A stretch of 64,000 nucleotides of DNA from the NCBI GenBank assembly GCA_950097015.1, contig CATNEN010000033.1, positions 1,736,001 through 1,800,000 of the forward strand, written 5' to 3'. The translations under genes and the position numbers were made by a program. Shown here one piece after another: positions 1 through 12,829 of the stretch (position 1 is the first letter of the stretch; the number at the start of each line of letters is the position of its first letter). The notes beneath the pieces are model-generated. The model did no database searches. It worked only from the letters and a program-made list of their open reading frames with translations, and was not told the DNA's origin. Source of the DNA: Macrostomum hystrix. Its lineage: Eukaryota > Animalia > Platyhelminthes.

Positions 1-65
1 GACACACAGACAGAGAGACTGTCAGACAGACAGACAGACAGAGAGACAGACAGACACAGACAGAC

Positions 66-110
<45 letters not shown>

Positions 111-127
111 CAGACAGACAGAAAGAA

Positions 128-165
<38 letters not shown>

Positions 166-175
166 GCAGCTAGAA
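1..175. repeat. (GACA)n/(GA)n-type microsatellite, intronic
   Basis: Run of gaca/gaga units directly upstream of the splice acceptor at 225-226. Confidence 0.95.
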
Positions 176-226
176 AGACAGGCTGAGGGTTGACGGACAG
201 ACAGCAAAGTATTTCCTCCACCACAG

Positions 227-478
227 GTGATCGCCCTATCCGGCCTATTCCTGCTGCTGTTCCTGGGCAACACAACCACCACCCTGGGCGTGGTGAAGCA
301 GAAGATGAAGGCCGAGGGCTACTCGCTGCGGGCTAAGCTGAAGCGCAAGTACAGGTTCAGCGTCATGTCCGCCTACGGCCGGAGCAGCTCCTCCCCAGCC
401 GAAGCCTCTCCGGCTTCTGGCGCCGCCTCCGACACGGACAAGCGGGCCTCGTCTGACGAGCATGACAAGACCAACTGA
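227..478 (+). CDS. TMEM120: Last coding exon of a TMEM120A/B (TACAN)-family membrane protein; upstream exons lie outside the window
   Basis: Acceptor cctccaccacag at 215-226. The exon reads [26 protein letters not shown], matching the recalled TMEM120 C-terminal TM motif (F)LLLFLGNFxTTLxVVxxK. Stop TGA at 476-478. Confidence 0.8.
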   Translation: MIALSGLFLLLFLGNTTTTLGVVKQKMKAEGYSLRAKLKRKYRFSVMSAYGRSSSSPAEASPASGAASDTDKRASSDEHDKTN

Positions 479-1271
479 TGGGGGGTGTGCGACAACTAAC
501 TGTGACATCCGTGACACTGTGACTTGCGAAACCGATGCTAAAAATGCATTCCAATCGGTATTAGGTTGGGGCGCGTGTTGGTAGAAGGCGTGCATAACAC
601 GTGGAATTTGGGCATAACAGGTGGAAAGTGGTCATAACAGGTAAGTGGTTAGTAGAAGGCGGGAAAACTTTTTAATTCTCTAGGACCAAGAATTGCCAGT
701 AAATATTTGCTTATTTATCGTAGTTGTTGATATTCGCTTTAATAATTTCATTTGCGATACCGCTATAAGTCGGTTGTTTCAGACTTAGCGCCGAGTCTAA
801 CTGTTCTATACGTGCTTTATAATGTACTGGACAGGTTCGGACCTGTCAGTCACCCAAATTTCAAAAAAAAATTGCCATCTATCTTTTTTTCAATAAAATC
901 TTTAGGTGATTTGATTTAATCCATCTAATATTTGTGCTGCTTGAACATTTGTTACTTGTTAGTAGTCACTTTTAGAACAACAGCGCTGGATTTTTGCTAG
1001 ACTGACTCGTGAATTCTACTAGCCACATTATGCAAGCTCCATTTTGCAGGTACCTGTACCTTTGCGCCTTGATTGATTTTCTTCAATTGACTCCGATTAT
1101 GCACTGTAGCACGCAACGCACATTTTTATCCAACGCATAATACACAGACATCCATTTTCAAAACCGTAGCCTAGAGAAAAATATGACGAAATTTAGAATT
1201 TTCTGCAACTTTTCGAATATTTTTCATGCTTTTAGAATTTCAGCGTGAGTTATTTAACATTTTTACAAAGG

Positions 1272-2740
1272 GCGGCTATCAGATCAGAGGATCTGTGAGG
1301 GCTGTCTAATCTGAGGATCTGTGAGGGCTGTCTGATCTGAGGATCTGGGAGGGCTGTCTGATCTGAGGATCTGGGAGGGCTGTCTGATCTGAGGATCTGG
1401 GAGGGCTGTCTGATCTGAGGATCTGGGAGGGCTGTCTAATCTGAGGATCTGGGAGGGCTGTCTGATCTGAGGATCTGTGAGGGCTGTCTTATCTGAGGAT
1501 CTGGGAGGGCTGTCTAATCTGAGGATCTGGGAGGGCTGTCTGATCTGAGGATCTGGGAGGGCTGTCTGATCTGAGGATCTGGGAGGGCTGTCTAATCTGA
1601 GGATCTGGGAGGGCTGTCTGATCTGAGGATCTGTGAGGGCTGTCTTATCTGAGGATCTGGGAGGGCTGTCTAATCTGAGGATCTGGGAGGGCTGTCTGAT
1701 CTGAGGATCTGGGAGGGCTGTCTAATCTGAGGATCTGGGAGGGCTGTCTGATCTGAGGATCTGGGAGGGCTGTCTAATCTGAGGATCTGGGAGGGCTGTC
1801 TGATCTGAGGATCTGGGAGGGCTGTCTGATCTGAGGATCTGTGAGGGCTGTCTTATCTGAGGATCTGGGAGGGCTGTCTAATCTGAGGATCTGGGAGGGC
1901 TGTCTGATCTGAGGATCTGGGAGGGCTGTCTGATCTGAGGATCTGGGAGGGCTGTCTAATCTGAGGATCTGGGAGGGCTGTCTGATCTGAGGATCTGTGA
2001 GGGCTGTCTTATCTGAGGATCTGGGAGGGCTGTCTAATCTGAGGATCTGGGAGGGCTGTCTGATCTGAGGATCTGGGAGGGCTGTCTGATCTGAGGATCT
2101 GTGAGGGCTGTCTTATCTGAGGATCTGGGAGGGCTGTCTAATCTGAGGATCTGTGAGGGCTGTCTGATCTGAGGATCTGGGAGGGCTGTCTGATCTGAGG
2201 ATCTGGGAGGGCTGTCTGATCTGAGGATCTGTGAGGGCTGTCTGATCTGAGGATCTGGGAGGGCTGTCTGATCTGAGGATCTGTGAGGGCTGTCTGATCT
2301 GAGGATCTGTGAGGGCTGTCTTATCTGAGGATCTGGGAGGGCTGTCTAATCTGAGGATCTGGGAGGGCTGTCTGATCTGAGGATCTGTGAGGGCTGTCTT
2401 ATCTGAGGATCTGGGAGGGCTGTCTGATCTGAGGATCTGGGAGGGCTGTCTGATCTGAGGATCTGTGAGGGCTGTCTGATCTGAGGATCTGGGAGGGCTG
2501 TCTGATCTGAGGATCTGGGAGGGCTGTCTGATCTGAGGATCTGTGAGGGCTGTCTTATCTGAGGATCTGGGAGGGCTGTCTGATCTGAGGATCTGGGAGG
2601 GCTGTCTGATCTGAGGATCTGGGAGGGCTGTCTGATCTGAGGATCTGGGAGGGCTGTCTAATCTGAGGATCTGGGAGGGCTGTCTGATCTGAGGATCTGG
2701 GAGGGCTGTCTGATCTGAGGATCTGGGAGGGCTGTCTGAT
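1272..2740. repeat. 26-bp minisatellite GAGGGCTGTCTGATCTGAGGATCTGG, ~56 copies
   Basis: Direct tandem repeat with few variant positions (ctaat/cttat, gtga/ggga). It produces the 26-aa-periodic ORFs at 2113-2942. Confidence 0.97.
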
Positions 2741-3431
2741 TTGTTTGAGGAGCTTGAAGGGTAGCAGCGCTGGTCACGGTGGTAAAATTCTGACAATTAG
2801 ATAGAATTATTGGGTACACAAAATGAAATTCGTGACTAACCAGCTTACTCAAATGAAGCACACTCATTAAGCTAAACTCGCTGTAACCGTGTGCGCACTG
2901 CGGTGCATGTATATATAAATCCTTGGTGTTTAACACCAACAACCGGTAAAGTGCTGTTTATTAGAAATGAGCTGAATATAATTATTTTAAGGGCCGCATG
3001 CCTTATTCAAGAGTGGCGAACGCTAAAAAACTAAGCAATTTACAATCGGGAAGGGAAATAAGTGTTGGAAGCGAAAACATGTAGGCCAGACAAGTCAAAT
3101 ATTGATTTGCTTGACTTCCTCACTCCACGGGCTTGTCCGAGTTCGACAGCTCGGTGTCAACAAATACTGAACGATTAGAAAAAAAAATTCTGCATTTTTT
3201 TGTTAGAAATTAAGTCTTAGAAAACAGTGAAAAATCTGACGCAAACTGTGCAATGCGGCATGTGTTGTGACATTTGACTAGTGCTGAACTGCAGATACTG
3301 ATGAAACATGAGACATGAGACAAAGCTAAAGATCTGACCTACGCGTAGTCTGGTGGGTGTGTACATTGACTGAGTGGGGTTGTGGGTTAGTGGGGGTGGT
3401 TGCGATCACTGCCTGGGGGTTGTCGGCCGGC

Positions 3432-3800
3432 TGAACACTGGCTGGGTGGGGTGGGGGTGAACACTGGCTGGGTGGGGTGGGGGCTGAACACTGGCTGGGT
3501 GGGGTGGGGGTGAACACTGGCTGGGTGGGGGTGGGGCTGAACACTGGCTGGGTGGGGTGGGGCCGAACACTGGCTGGGTGGGGTGGGGGTGAACACTGGC
3601 TGGGTGGGGGTGGGGCTGAACACTGGCTGGGTGGGGTGGGGCCGAACACTGGCTGGGTGGGGTGGGGGTGAACACTGGCTGGGTGGGGGTGGGGCTGAAC
3701 ACTGGCTGGGTGGGGTGGGGGTGAACACTGGCTGGGTGGGGTGGGGGTGAACACTGGCTGGGTGGGGTGGGGGTGAACACTGGCTGGGTGGGGTGGGGGT
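3432..3800. repeat. 26-27-bp G-rich minisatellite GAACACTGGCTGGGTGGGGTGGGGGT, ~14 copies
   Basis: Tandem repeat with three G-runs per unit. Confidence 0.95.
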
Positions 3801-4397
3801 AAGTTGTACATTTGCTGTACATGGGTTGTACATGGGTGTAGGATTCGCATGAATGATTGAAACCGCTCGCATTTAGTAAATTTAATTAGCAGACACAAAG
3901 CCACCAAATCTGTTAAAGAACTGCTCCAGAAGGTATTGACAGTCAGTTATCCCGAGAATAAAATTAGCATTAACGAATAATTCATAACTGATGCGTAATA
4001 CGCGTCTCAAAATTTAAGTTTGCAGCGAATTGAGCGCATAAAAACAAATTTACATCACAATAGGTTGGCAGTTGTGATAAGCGTATTTAGCATTTCAAGA
4101 AATGCTAGCCAATCACTAAAGCGCACTGCAATCTGGTCATTGCTACTGAATTATCTGAAACAAAATAAAGCAGGAATATTGAGAGTATCAGTCCGAGCTT
4201 ACAGTTATAAATCTACTTTAAAAGTATTTAAGACACAATCATCAGCAAATCGTGGAGTCTGACAGCCAATTGAGACTGAAGTAATGAAGATTTTTGGCAC
4301 CTAGTTGGCCCTGGTGCTGCGTACGTCTGAAATTCAGCGAGAAACTGTTTGTGAGAATAGGAATATGCTCGGAAATAAAATTCCCTCAAATCCTACC

Positions 4398-5288
4398 TCA
4401 GTGTTGATCACCAGCATCCGCGTTGTTCCGTGGTTCGACCCCGGCCAGTTCGAGCTGCAGCTCCCGCTCCCAGTCGTCGCCAACAACTTCAACATCGTCT
4501 TCGATGTTGCTAACTTCGTCAACTTCCAGTTTGTCGCGCGACGGCACCCGCTCGAAGCTGTCGCCACTGACAGATGACGAGGCAGAGGCTGGCGACGGAC
4601 ATGACTTGGCTTCTATAGCAACTGTCGCTAAGGTGGTTTCTGGACGCGCGGAGAGCGCCTGATTCGAGCGCTGAATGAGGTTAATCTGGAATTCGAAAAA
4701 AACTGTCTTTGAATATCCCCCCAGCTTCTCTCTCTTCCATACAGGGATTACCGCACTTTTCACAGAACAATAGTTTTTCCCACTTCCCCAGAACCCCAGT
4801 TTCTGCCAGTCCAGAAGAATCAGCAGCCAACTAACCCTGTAGAAATAGTTCCTCCAGAACTGGTCCTCGGCCAGTCTCCTGGGCACCAGCCGAAAGCGCA
4901 TCTGCCGCAGTGCCGGATCGGCTTCGAGCGCTGCGGCAGCGGAGGGCAGCGCCGATTCCAGTTGAAACTCTGCGTCAAAGGCGCAGCCTCTTGGCGGAGA
5001 TCGAAGAAAATTACGAGGATCCTGGGCAAGGGCCAGCACCTGACTGCGCGCTCCTGGCTCAAGGCCCAACCAGGGGGGCTGCACAGCGGGCGGCTCAGCG
5101 GATTCTGTTGCTTGATTGACAGCTGGTTCAGCAGCAGAAACTGCCGCAGCTGCGGCTGCAGCAACGACGCTGGTAGCTCGCCGGCCCAGGCTGAAGATTG
5201 CCGAGCCCCAGCTTCTGGCCGCCTCGCTTAGCGTTGATTCGCCTGACGACAGCGGCGCAGCCGGTGACACTGTGGAGTCAGTCAGCAT
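4398..5288 (-). CDS. SYAP1: BSD-domain protein, synapse-associated protein 1 (SYAP1/SAP47) homolog; exons 5288-4836 and 4685-4398
   Basis: Motifs PPW..QVLALAQDPRNFLRSPP..LRQMRFRLVPRRLAEDQFWRNYFYR and C-terminal DDWERELQLEL match SYAP1. A 150-bp GT..AG intron (4835-4686) explains the 50-aa low-similarity insert in the ORF track. An acceptor ~20 nt upstream of the ATG (near 5308) implies a further upstream exon. Confidence 0.88.
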   Translation of the reverse strand: MLTDSTVSPAAPLSSGESTLSEAARSWGSAIFSLGRRATSVVAAAAAAAVSAAEPAVNQATESAEPPAVQPPWLGLEPGARSQVLALAQDPRNFLRSPPRGCAFDAEFQLESALPSAAAALEADPALRQMRFRLVPRRLAEDQFWRNYFYRVSWLLILLDWQKLGFWGSGKNYCSVKSAVIPVWKREKLGGYSKTVFFEFQINLIQRSNQALSARPETTLATVAIEAKSCPSPASASSSVSGDSFERVPSRDKLEVDEVSNIEDDVEVVGDDWERELQLELAGVEPRNNADAGDQH

Positions 5289-5344
5289 CGGCAGATTCGC
5301 TCACACACTGCAAAGGCAAATTCATAAGCTAGGTATGTGAGAGT

Positions 5345-6290
5345 GGCTGAGTTAGGGCTGAGGGGCGTTGAGAAGAGCTGAGAGTGGCTGAGTATGGGCT
5401 GTGAGGGTGGCTGAGTATGGGCTATGAGGGTGGCTGAGTTTAGGCTGTGAGGGTGGCTGAGTATAGGCTGTGAGGGTGGCTAAGAGCTGTGGGGTGACTA
5501 AGTAAGAGCTGTGAGGGTGGCTGAGTATAGGCTGTGAGGGTGGCTAAGTATAGGCTGTGAGGGTGGCTGAGTATAGGCTGTGAGGGTGGCTGAGTTTAGG
5601 CTGTGAGGGTGGCTGAGTATAGGCTGTGAGGGTGGCTGAGTATAGGCTGTGAGGGTGGCTGAGTATAGGCTGTGAGGGTGGCTGAGTTTAGGCTGTGAGG
5701 GTGGCTGAGTATAGGCTGTGAGGGTGGCTGAGTATAGGCTGTGAGGGTGGCTGAGTATAGGCTGTGAGGGTGGCTGAGTATAGGCTGTGAGGGTGGCTGA
5801 GTTTAGGCTGTGAGGGTGGCTGAGTATAGGCTGTGAGGGTGGCTAAGAGCTGTGGGGTGACTAAGTAAGAGCTGTGAGGGTTGCTGAGTATAGGCTGTGA
5901 GGGTGGCTAAGTATAGGCTGTGAGGGTGGCTGAGTATAGGCTGTGAGGGTGGCTGAGTTTAGGCTGTGAGGGTGGCTGAGTATAGGCTGTGAGGGTGGCT
6001 GAGTATAGGCTGTGAGGGTGGCTGAGTATAGGCTGTGAGGGTGGCTGAGTTTAGGCTGTGAGGGTGGCTGAGTATAGGCTGTGAGGGTGGCTGAGTATAG
6101 GCTGTGAGGGTGGCTGAGTATAGGCTGTGAGGGTGGCTGAGTATAGGCTGTGAGGGTGGCTGAGTATAGGCTGTGAGGGTGGCTGAGTATAGGCTGTGAG
6201 GGTGGCTGAGTATAGGCTGTGAGGGTGGCTAAGTATAGGCTGTGAGGGTGGATAAGTATTAGATATGAGAGTGGCTGAGTGAGGGCTGCA
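5345..6290. repeat. 23-bp minisatellite GTGAGGGTGGCTGAGTATAGGCT, ~40 copies
   Basis: Direct tandem repeat upstream of the SYAP1 coding exons. Confidence 0.96.
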
Positions 6291-7061
6291 AGATTGGAAG
6301 GATATAAAAACAAAATCTATTTAGAAAACACAAATTTGTAAGCTACCAATAAATATATAATTGATATATTGCATGCTCTATCAATGATTATGGTGCTTAC
6401 ACTAATATGCATGAAATTTAGATCTAGATATCTAGATCTAGATAGGAGAAACTGCCTATTTGGCAATATAAGAGACTAGGGCCTAGAGACATAGCTATAA
6501 CTTATAACTTAATATAAATATTATAAATTCATTAATTAAAGAAACTTAAAAAATCCTAATAATTAAATTAAATATTCATAATAATAATAAAAACTATTAT
6601 TATTATTATTAAAATGTGCATGCCATCTATGGGTGCTGATTTTTTTCTTCTATTTTTTTGACAACAAATATTTTAATGGACAATGAGAAACATAACATAA
6701 AAAGCAAAGTTTTGTAGGATTCAACTATCGAGCTGGGAATATATAATAAATATTAGGCCTTAGGCAAAGTATAACTTATTATTAAATAATGCTTTAGACA
6801 TATAAGATATATAAAATACCTATAAGATACCTATTTGGTCTCAATGTTTGATAGGCCAATCTATAATTAATTTTTTACATTAGTGAATTTCTGAAGATTC
6901 ATTCCATTTTTACCTTACACTTGTTTAACCAATAAGTCAATAACACTTGCCCTGAACTTGGCTCTAAAGAAAATTGTAGGCCTGATCCCTTTTCTAGACT
7001 ATATAAACTAGTTCCTGTCACTCTCACTCATGGTCATATAACTATATGCTCTAGGCCCCAT

Positions 7062-7063
<2 letters not shown>

Positions 7064-7101
<38 letters not shown>
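7064..7101. repeat. (TA)n microsatellite
   Basis: Perfect TA run in AT-rich intergenic DNA. Confidence 0.95.
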
Positions 7102-7103
<2 letters not shown>

Positions 7104-8710
7104 TTTATTTTTATATAATACTTAGGGCCTAGCCATATATAACATAGTAGCTAAACTGTCAGTGTCATTAAAGGGTAAAGCTGTGTAGAGGTGTAGGCGT
7201 GTAACTACTATGGTTAGCTAGCTAATCAATGCTATTGTGTCAATGGAAGCAGTCTAGCTACCAGGGAACAGAAAGTGCATAGCCAAGTCTATGACCCTGA
7301 CCTTGCTACCTTGTTAGGAAACCTAGGGTTATAGTAGGCCAAAAAATAATTAAATAGCTAGGCTAATATACAATATGATTTATTGGGCTAAATAGTCCCA
7401 AATTTTAATGACAGTAGTCATGCTAGTAAGTTTTGGCTATCAGATGCTATTACATTAGTGTACATTAAGGGCAACAGCTTGTTTTTAAGTCCAGTATTAC
7501 GCAGGTTTATACATTATTATTAATAAATTTCAAAAGTGCTTTATATACAACTCAACGACTATCCCACTTTATTGTGACGCCTAAAAATACTCTTACACTA
7601 CAGATGGCCATTTTTGTGTTTTCCACTTAGACCCTAAAAACTTAACCTTGAAACTATTTACTAAAAATACACTTCAAACTTGTTATACTGAAAAAAATCG
7701 CACCTTTTCATTGTTCTAAATTCCTAAGAAAAAAATATACTTGACATTCTGTTAGTTACTTCGAGTGTTTTTCCTTCGTCACATATCCACATTGTCAATA
7801 GAAATTTGCATATTTATCATTGGCCTAGACAGATTATACTTTTTTTCTCTCAGTAGGCCCTATTTATAATTTCTAGACGAAGGAAGCACCATAATCATTT
7901 TAAGACTTAACAGTTGGTCTGAAAGTCAAACAATGACATACATTTTACAAGCTAACTTGAGTTAGTTATTACTTTACATTGCTAGCCTCTTAACAATCAC
8001 GATTTCTTTCTGATGCTAAATAAGCTTGCAGGTCCATATTTAGAGCACTAAAATTGTACCAAGTTAGAGCATCCAACAAAAAAGTAAAAAGGCAAAATCA
8101 TTACCTTTCTGGAAATATTACAAACAGTCCTTAGTTGGATTGTGCTTTAAAAAGTACAATTTTTTTTTAATTTCTGCCCCCTTGTTAAAATATCAGCAAA
8201 AATACAGATATGTCAAAATTATATCAAGATATATTGAAAAGCCAATAATGAATAAATTGTGCACATAAGCATATTTAATACTATGAAAATGGCTCAAGCT
8301 CACATGGGCTAAAATCTTTCTATTTGACAGGAAATTTGTAGCTAAATGCGAAAGACTTCGACTATTTTAGAGCTAAAGAAAATTTAAATGCTATAAATTT
8401 CCGCATTTGTTCCAACAGAATCTCTTGAAATGTGTTAATTTTTATTAAACAGTATAAGTAAGATACAGTTATACATAAAAATTGAATTTGAAATTTGAAA
8501 TAGTTAAAACTAAGATTTGCACTGACAAATATGCAATAACTTTGTCCTTTGCGAATTTTAGCATCCATAAATAGTTTTAAACTAGCTAGAACTTTAAAAC
8601 ATAGCTCATATAGGCATAGTGACTTTTATAAGTAATGGTTATCTATAAAATTTTTCATTTCACTCTTAACTTTCAGCAAGTAATTTCCAACACTGCGAAC
8701 AACGAAAATC

Positions 8711-10638
8711 ATGGATTATGGCAAAGCATTGGACGGTGGCTGGGGCTGGATGATTGTTTTGTCTGTTCATTTCATGCACTTTCTGACTGGTGGGCTTGAC
8801 AGAGCGAGCGGCGTTTTCTACCGGGAAATTCTGACTGATATGCAAGAGTCTTCAGCATCAACGGCCGGATTCACAGCACTGCTGTTCTCGTCCAGGTTCA
8901 TGAGTGGTGAGTCCAGTCAGCAGATTCAATCTTCTTGGCGTAGAACTCCATTGATCTTTCCTTCCCTCATTCCAGGCCCCGTAGCTGGGGTCTTGTGCAA
9001 GTACTTCGGAAATCGCAAGGTCATGATGGCTGGAGGAATGATTTCATTCTTCGGCGTGCTGCTGAGCTCGTTCTGTCGGAGCCTGGCACTCATCTATCTG
9101 ACCCTCGGCTTCATGACGGGAGTCGGAAACGGACTGGCCTACACCTCAGGCTTGCTGGCCGTGAACGACTACTTCAACCGTCGCAAGGCCACCGCTCTCG
9201 GCATCGCGACTGCGGGCACCGGAGTCGGCAGCTTCGTGCTGCCCCTGCTCACCCAGTATCTCATCCAGGTTTACTCATTCCGCGGCTGCATGCTCATCCT
9301 GAGCGCACTGTCGCTCAACCTGACCGTGTGCGGATCGCTGCTGTACCCGCTGCCGCAGACGCCTGGAAGTCAAGACAAGCCTGAGGCCATGCCGCTAAGA
9401 GAAACAGAAGGTACGTTGGCGGTTGCGACTAAAGGTCCGAAGCAGCAGGCCCAGGGCGAATGCGGTGAGATGACGGCTGAGACTCAGAGAGAGAATGAGC
9501 GACTCAGCGAGGATAGAAAAAGAGATGATAAGGGCCGTGACGATAAGGAATTGATGCCAGCGAGAGCCGCAGACAGTCCGAGCAGCGGCCCCTGCCGTCG
9601 GTTTTTTTCCGAGCTGTGGGCAAACTTTGACCTAAAGCTGTTCCTCAACTGGCAATTCAGTGTGTTCGCAGTTGCCGCGCTGTTCATCTCGGCCGGCTTC
9701 AAGCCTGTGGCGGTCATCCTGCCACACCATGCGCAGCTGAGAGGCCTGAGTAGCACCATGTCCGTGCTGCTGATCTCCATTGCTGGTGAGAATTTCGCGA
9801 AAAATGCTGACTGACTGAAAGTGCCTGCAAGCGCTTACAGTGGTTCTGTACCAGTTATCGAGTTCGAGTGTCTGTTAGTGAAAGCACCTTGATTTGAGCT
9901 TAAAACAAAAGTTTTTTATAGGCGGCTGCTTAAACTCCCATCATCAGGCAAGTTAACTGTTTCACTGGGTTGTACATCCAGTCAGACCTTTTCATTTTCA
10001 GACTTGTCACTAACTTGTCACTTTGTTATATAGGGGCTTAGCCCTCAGGGGTGCACATGCAAAAATGCACTTTCTCTACGGTGAATCCTAAATTTATTGC
10101 TATCGCGGGCTCGATATCTGGCCATTGTTCAGCAATTTACTAGGCTGATTCTCAAACCACTAAGGCGCCTGCGACACGCTGTCCCGCTTCTCCCTCGGCC
10201 TGTTGTTCGACATTCCCCTCCTGCTGCCGTATCGGAGACGCATCTGGAGCCTCGGCATGCTGCTCACAGCCAGCGGCATCGCCGCCTTCGCATTCATGCA
10301 CAGCCTGGCACCCTTCGTGCTCGTGTCCGCGGCGTTCGGCCTCACCTCCGGCCTGTTTGTGAGCCAGCTCTACTGCGTGCTCGGCGACCTGATCGGTCGG
10401 GAGCGCTGCCGCACCGGCATCGGCCTGCTGATTCTGTGCCGCGGCGTCGGTCGTCGCCATCGGTCCGCCGCTGGCCGGAGCTCTGAAGGATGCCACAGGC
10501 TCCTACCAGCTGTCCTTCTGCGCTCTCGGCGCCTGTACCTTCGCCGGCTTTGTCAGTTTGTGCGCCCTGGACGTCGCGCTGACGCTGCTAGGCCGGCGTC
10601 GTCGGCAGAGTCCCGACCTTGCCATTGAGATTTCCTAG
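8711..10638 (+). CDS. SLC16/monocarboxylate transporter (MFS) paralog 1; exons 8711-8906, 8976-9785, 10165-10638; one extra T at ~10451 shifts the frame
   Basis: MCT N-terminal signature DGGWGW, GLAYTSG..DYF.RRKATALG..GTGVG, and TM8 D-x3-R. GT-AG introns sit at the same positions as in the other three paralogs. Removing T10451 restores GVGVAIGPPLAG..DLAIEIS* as in the paralogs. Confidence 0.9.
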
Positions 10639-12829
10639 CTGTCTTCTGTGGCTCTGATTTTCTTTTTTTTTTAAAGTTCTGCTTCCGCTATTAGGATATT
10701 TATCGAATATCAAATCAGGACGTTCTGCTTTTAGGTCACAATCGCTTTCAGGGCTTTTTCATTGTTGTTTAAACCAGTCCTTCAGACTCAATCTCATTTT
10801 GGTTTCTCTCGGCGCAGGCTCATCGCACTGGATTCTTGTGAAATTGTGTTGCAAGATCAACTTGAAAGATAGTCATATATTATGATAGAGGTCTTTAAAT
10901 TTCGAAACCAAGGGCTCTCACACCTTCACCTAACTCGATCGGGCTGCTTTAAGTAATCACTGTCAGTAATCTTAACTTAGTTAAAAATTTGCCTCTTTTT
11001 TGTCATTTCAATCAATCAGTTTCGAGCTTGTTTTTCGCTCGCACCTAGGCATTTGACTATTGTTTTGTCTATTTTTAACCTTGATTCTTCTTTAGTGCCA
11101 TCTAAATTGAGTTTCTGATTTTGCTTAGAATCTGTTTGAGTTGCTGATGAGTCTTCGGAGATTTGTTGCTTTCATAGTTTTGTGCTCTGTGCCTAAATGC
11201 TCCTGCAAGTTATGACTCTTTATACTCACTATCTTACTTAAAGTAGCAAGTAGAGTTTAGTACACATATTCTTCACGCACAAAACACCCGATCGCACATC
11301 GGGTGGCACTTTTTTAAATGGCACCAATTCGAAAATCTGTATTCTTTTCGCTTGACGCGTTTTTTCTACAAACCAATTTAGCAGTGGCAGAGTATTGCAG
11401 GTGTGTTCTAAAATACACTTTTTTCTTAGACACAATTTTTACCACAATATGTCCCGATTTCGGAGACGCAATTTCGCTTTTCAGACGAGCCATCGATTTA
11501 GCGACTAGCAGCTTACCAGCTACAGTTAACTCGCCTATCGTGTCTTTGCTTTGCTTCGGATAAGGAACAACACTTGTGTAACCCAATTCTTAAAACCTCT
11601 CAAAATGAAAAGCCAGACATGAGCTTGGTAAGTCGGGTGTAGCGGTGAAAATCTGCGCTAATTAGGCCTTGCTAATTTACAGAGATTACGCCTCCAAGGC
11701 GAGTGTGCAAACAAAGGCCGCACCTCTTGAAGTATTCTGTAGCGCGAATATCGGGCAGTTGACGTACCTGCACTTGTCAATGCAAGAGATCAGATCATGA
11801 TTTAGCAAGTCTTGGAGCCCTCACACTTTGGACCTCACGCAATAAATGCTGTTATATTTATTGAGAATATAGCTTTCACTATAGAGAAATTGCGTCCACC
11901 AATCATATACGTGCGAGCGGGCAGGAAAATGAAGGCGGGAGCGAGCGCACCTAGACAAGTTTAAATCATAAATATGAAAGTGCAAAGGCTTGAGAGCAGC
12001 AAGAGCTAAAGTCTATGGTAATAACCTCGGGGTTTTCATACTGCGGCAAAAAGTTCAACTTTTTTAAAGTACTTACGCTTTTGCCATAGACAGTGGCAGG
12101 CAAATATTACCAGAGGGGGTGGAATAGTCTATGGCGCAGAGAGCTGAGAAAATAAGAAACGAAACACAGCTCCAATGTGGGCTATGTAGCCGAGAGTTTC
12201 CATAGCGCCCAGCAAAAGCAAAGGCTAGGTCAACTTCGCGACTGCAGCCAGTCAAGCGTTAGCTCCGACTCTCAACTACAGTGAGTTAAATGTCTCTAAA
12301 ACTTGTGAGTGCATTTTTGTCGTTTTGTTTCTAGCACAAAATCTTACCGGCTCAAATAATGATTCAGATTATTGCATTCGATCATGCAATAATATATAAC
12401 GTACTTAGCAGTCGCTTCCTCGAGAAGCCTCCATGCTTGCCTGGTTTCGTAGGATGTGTAGTTTGATACAGACATAAAAATGTGTTGTAACTGAAATTCA
12501 AAATAATTTAGGTACAGGAGACGGAAATGGGACTGGTGTAAGATGAATTCCTGAATTCGGCTCTCAAAGGTCAAATGACGCTCAGGCTCAGAATTTTCCG
12601 CAGGAAGTCCAACCGAAATTGCACCTGCGATTTTACACACTGTCGTATTGCTTTCCGACTGCATGATGCTCTTCAGCTTCGATTCCCATGAAGCAAGTTT
12701 GATGGGGCAATTCCCAGTCTTGTTACGGTCGGTCCTTTGCCTTGAAGCGAGTCTTCGTGTTGACAATTTTCTTTTAAGTCTTTTTAGTCTTAGGGTCAAA
12801 CGACTTTCCGGTCAACGTCGCTAGCTCTG

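Noticed and set aside
8650-8710. Spliced-leader trans-splice acceptor upstream of the MCT1 ATG
   Set aside because: The pyrimidine tract plus AG at ~8675 fits an ordinary 5' UTR intron equally well. Distinguishing them needs transcript data.
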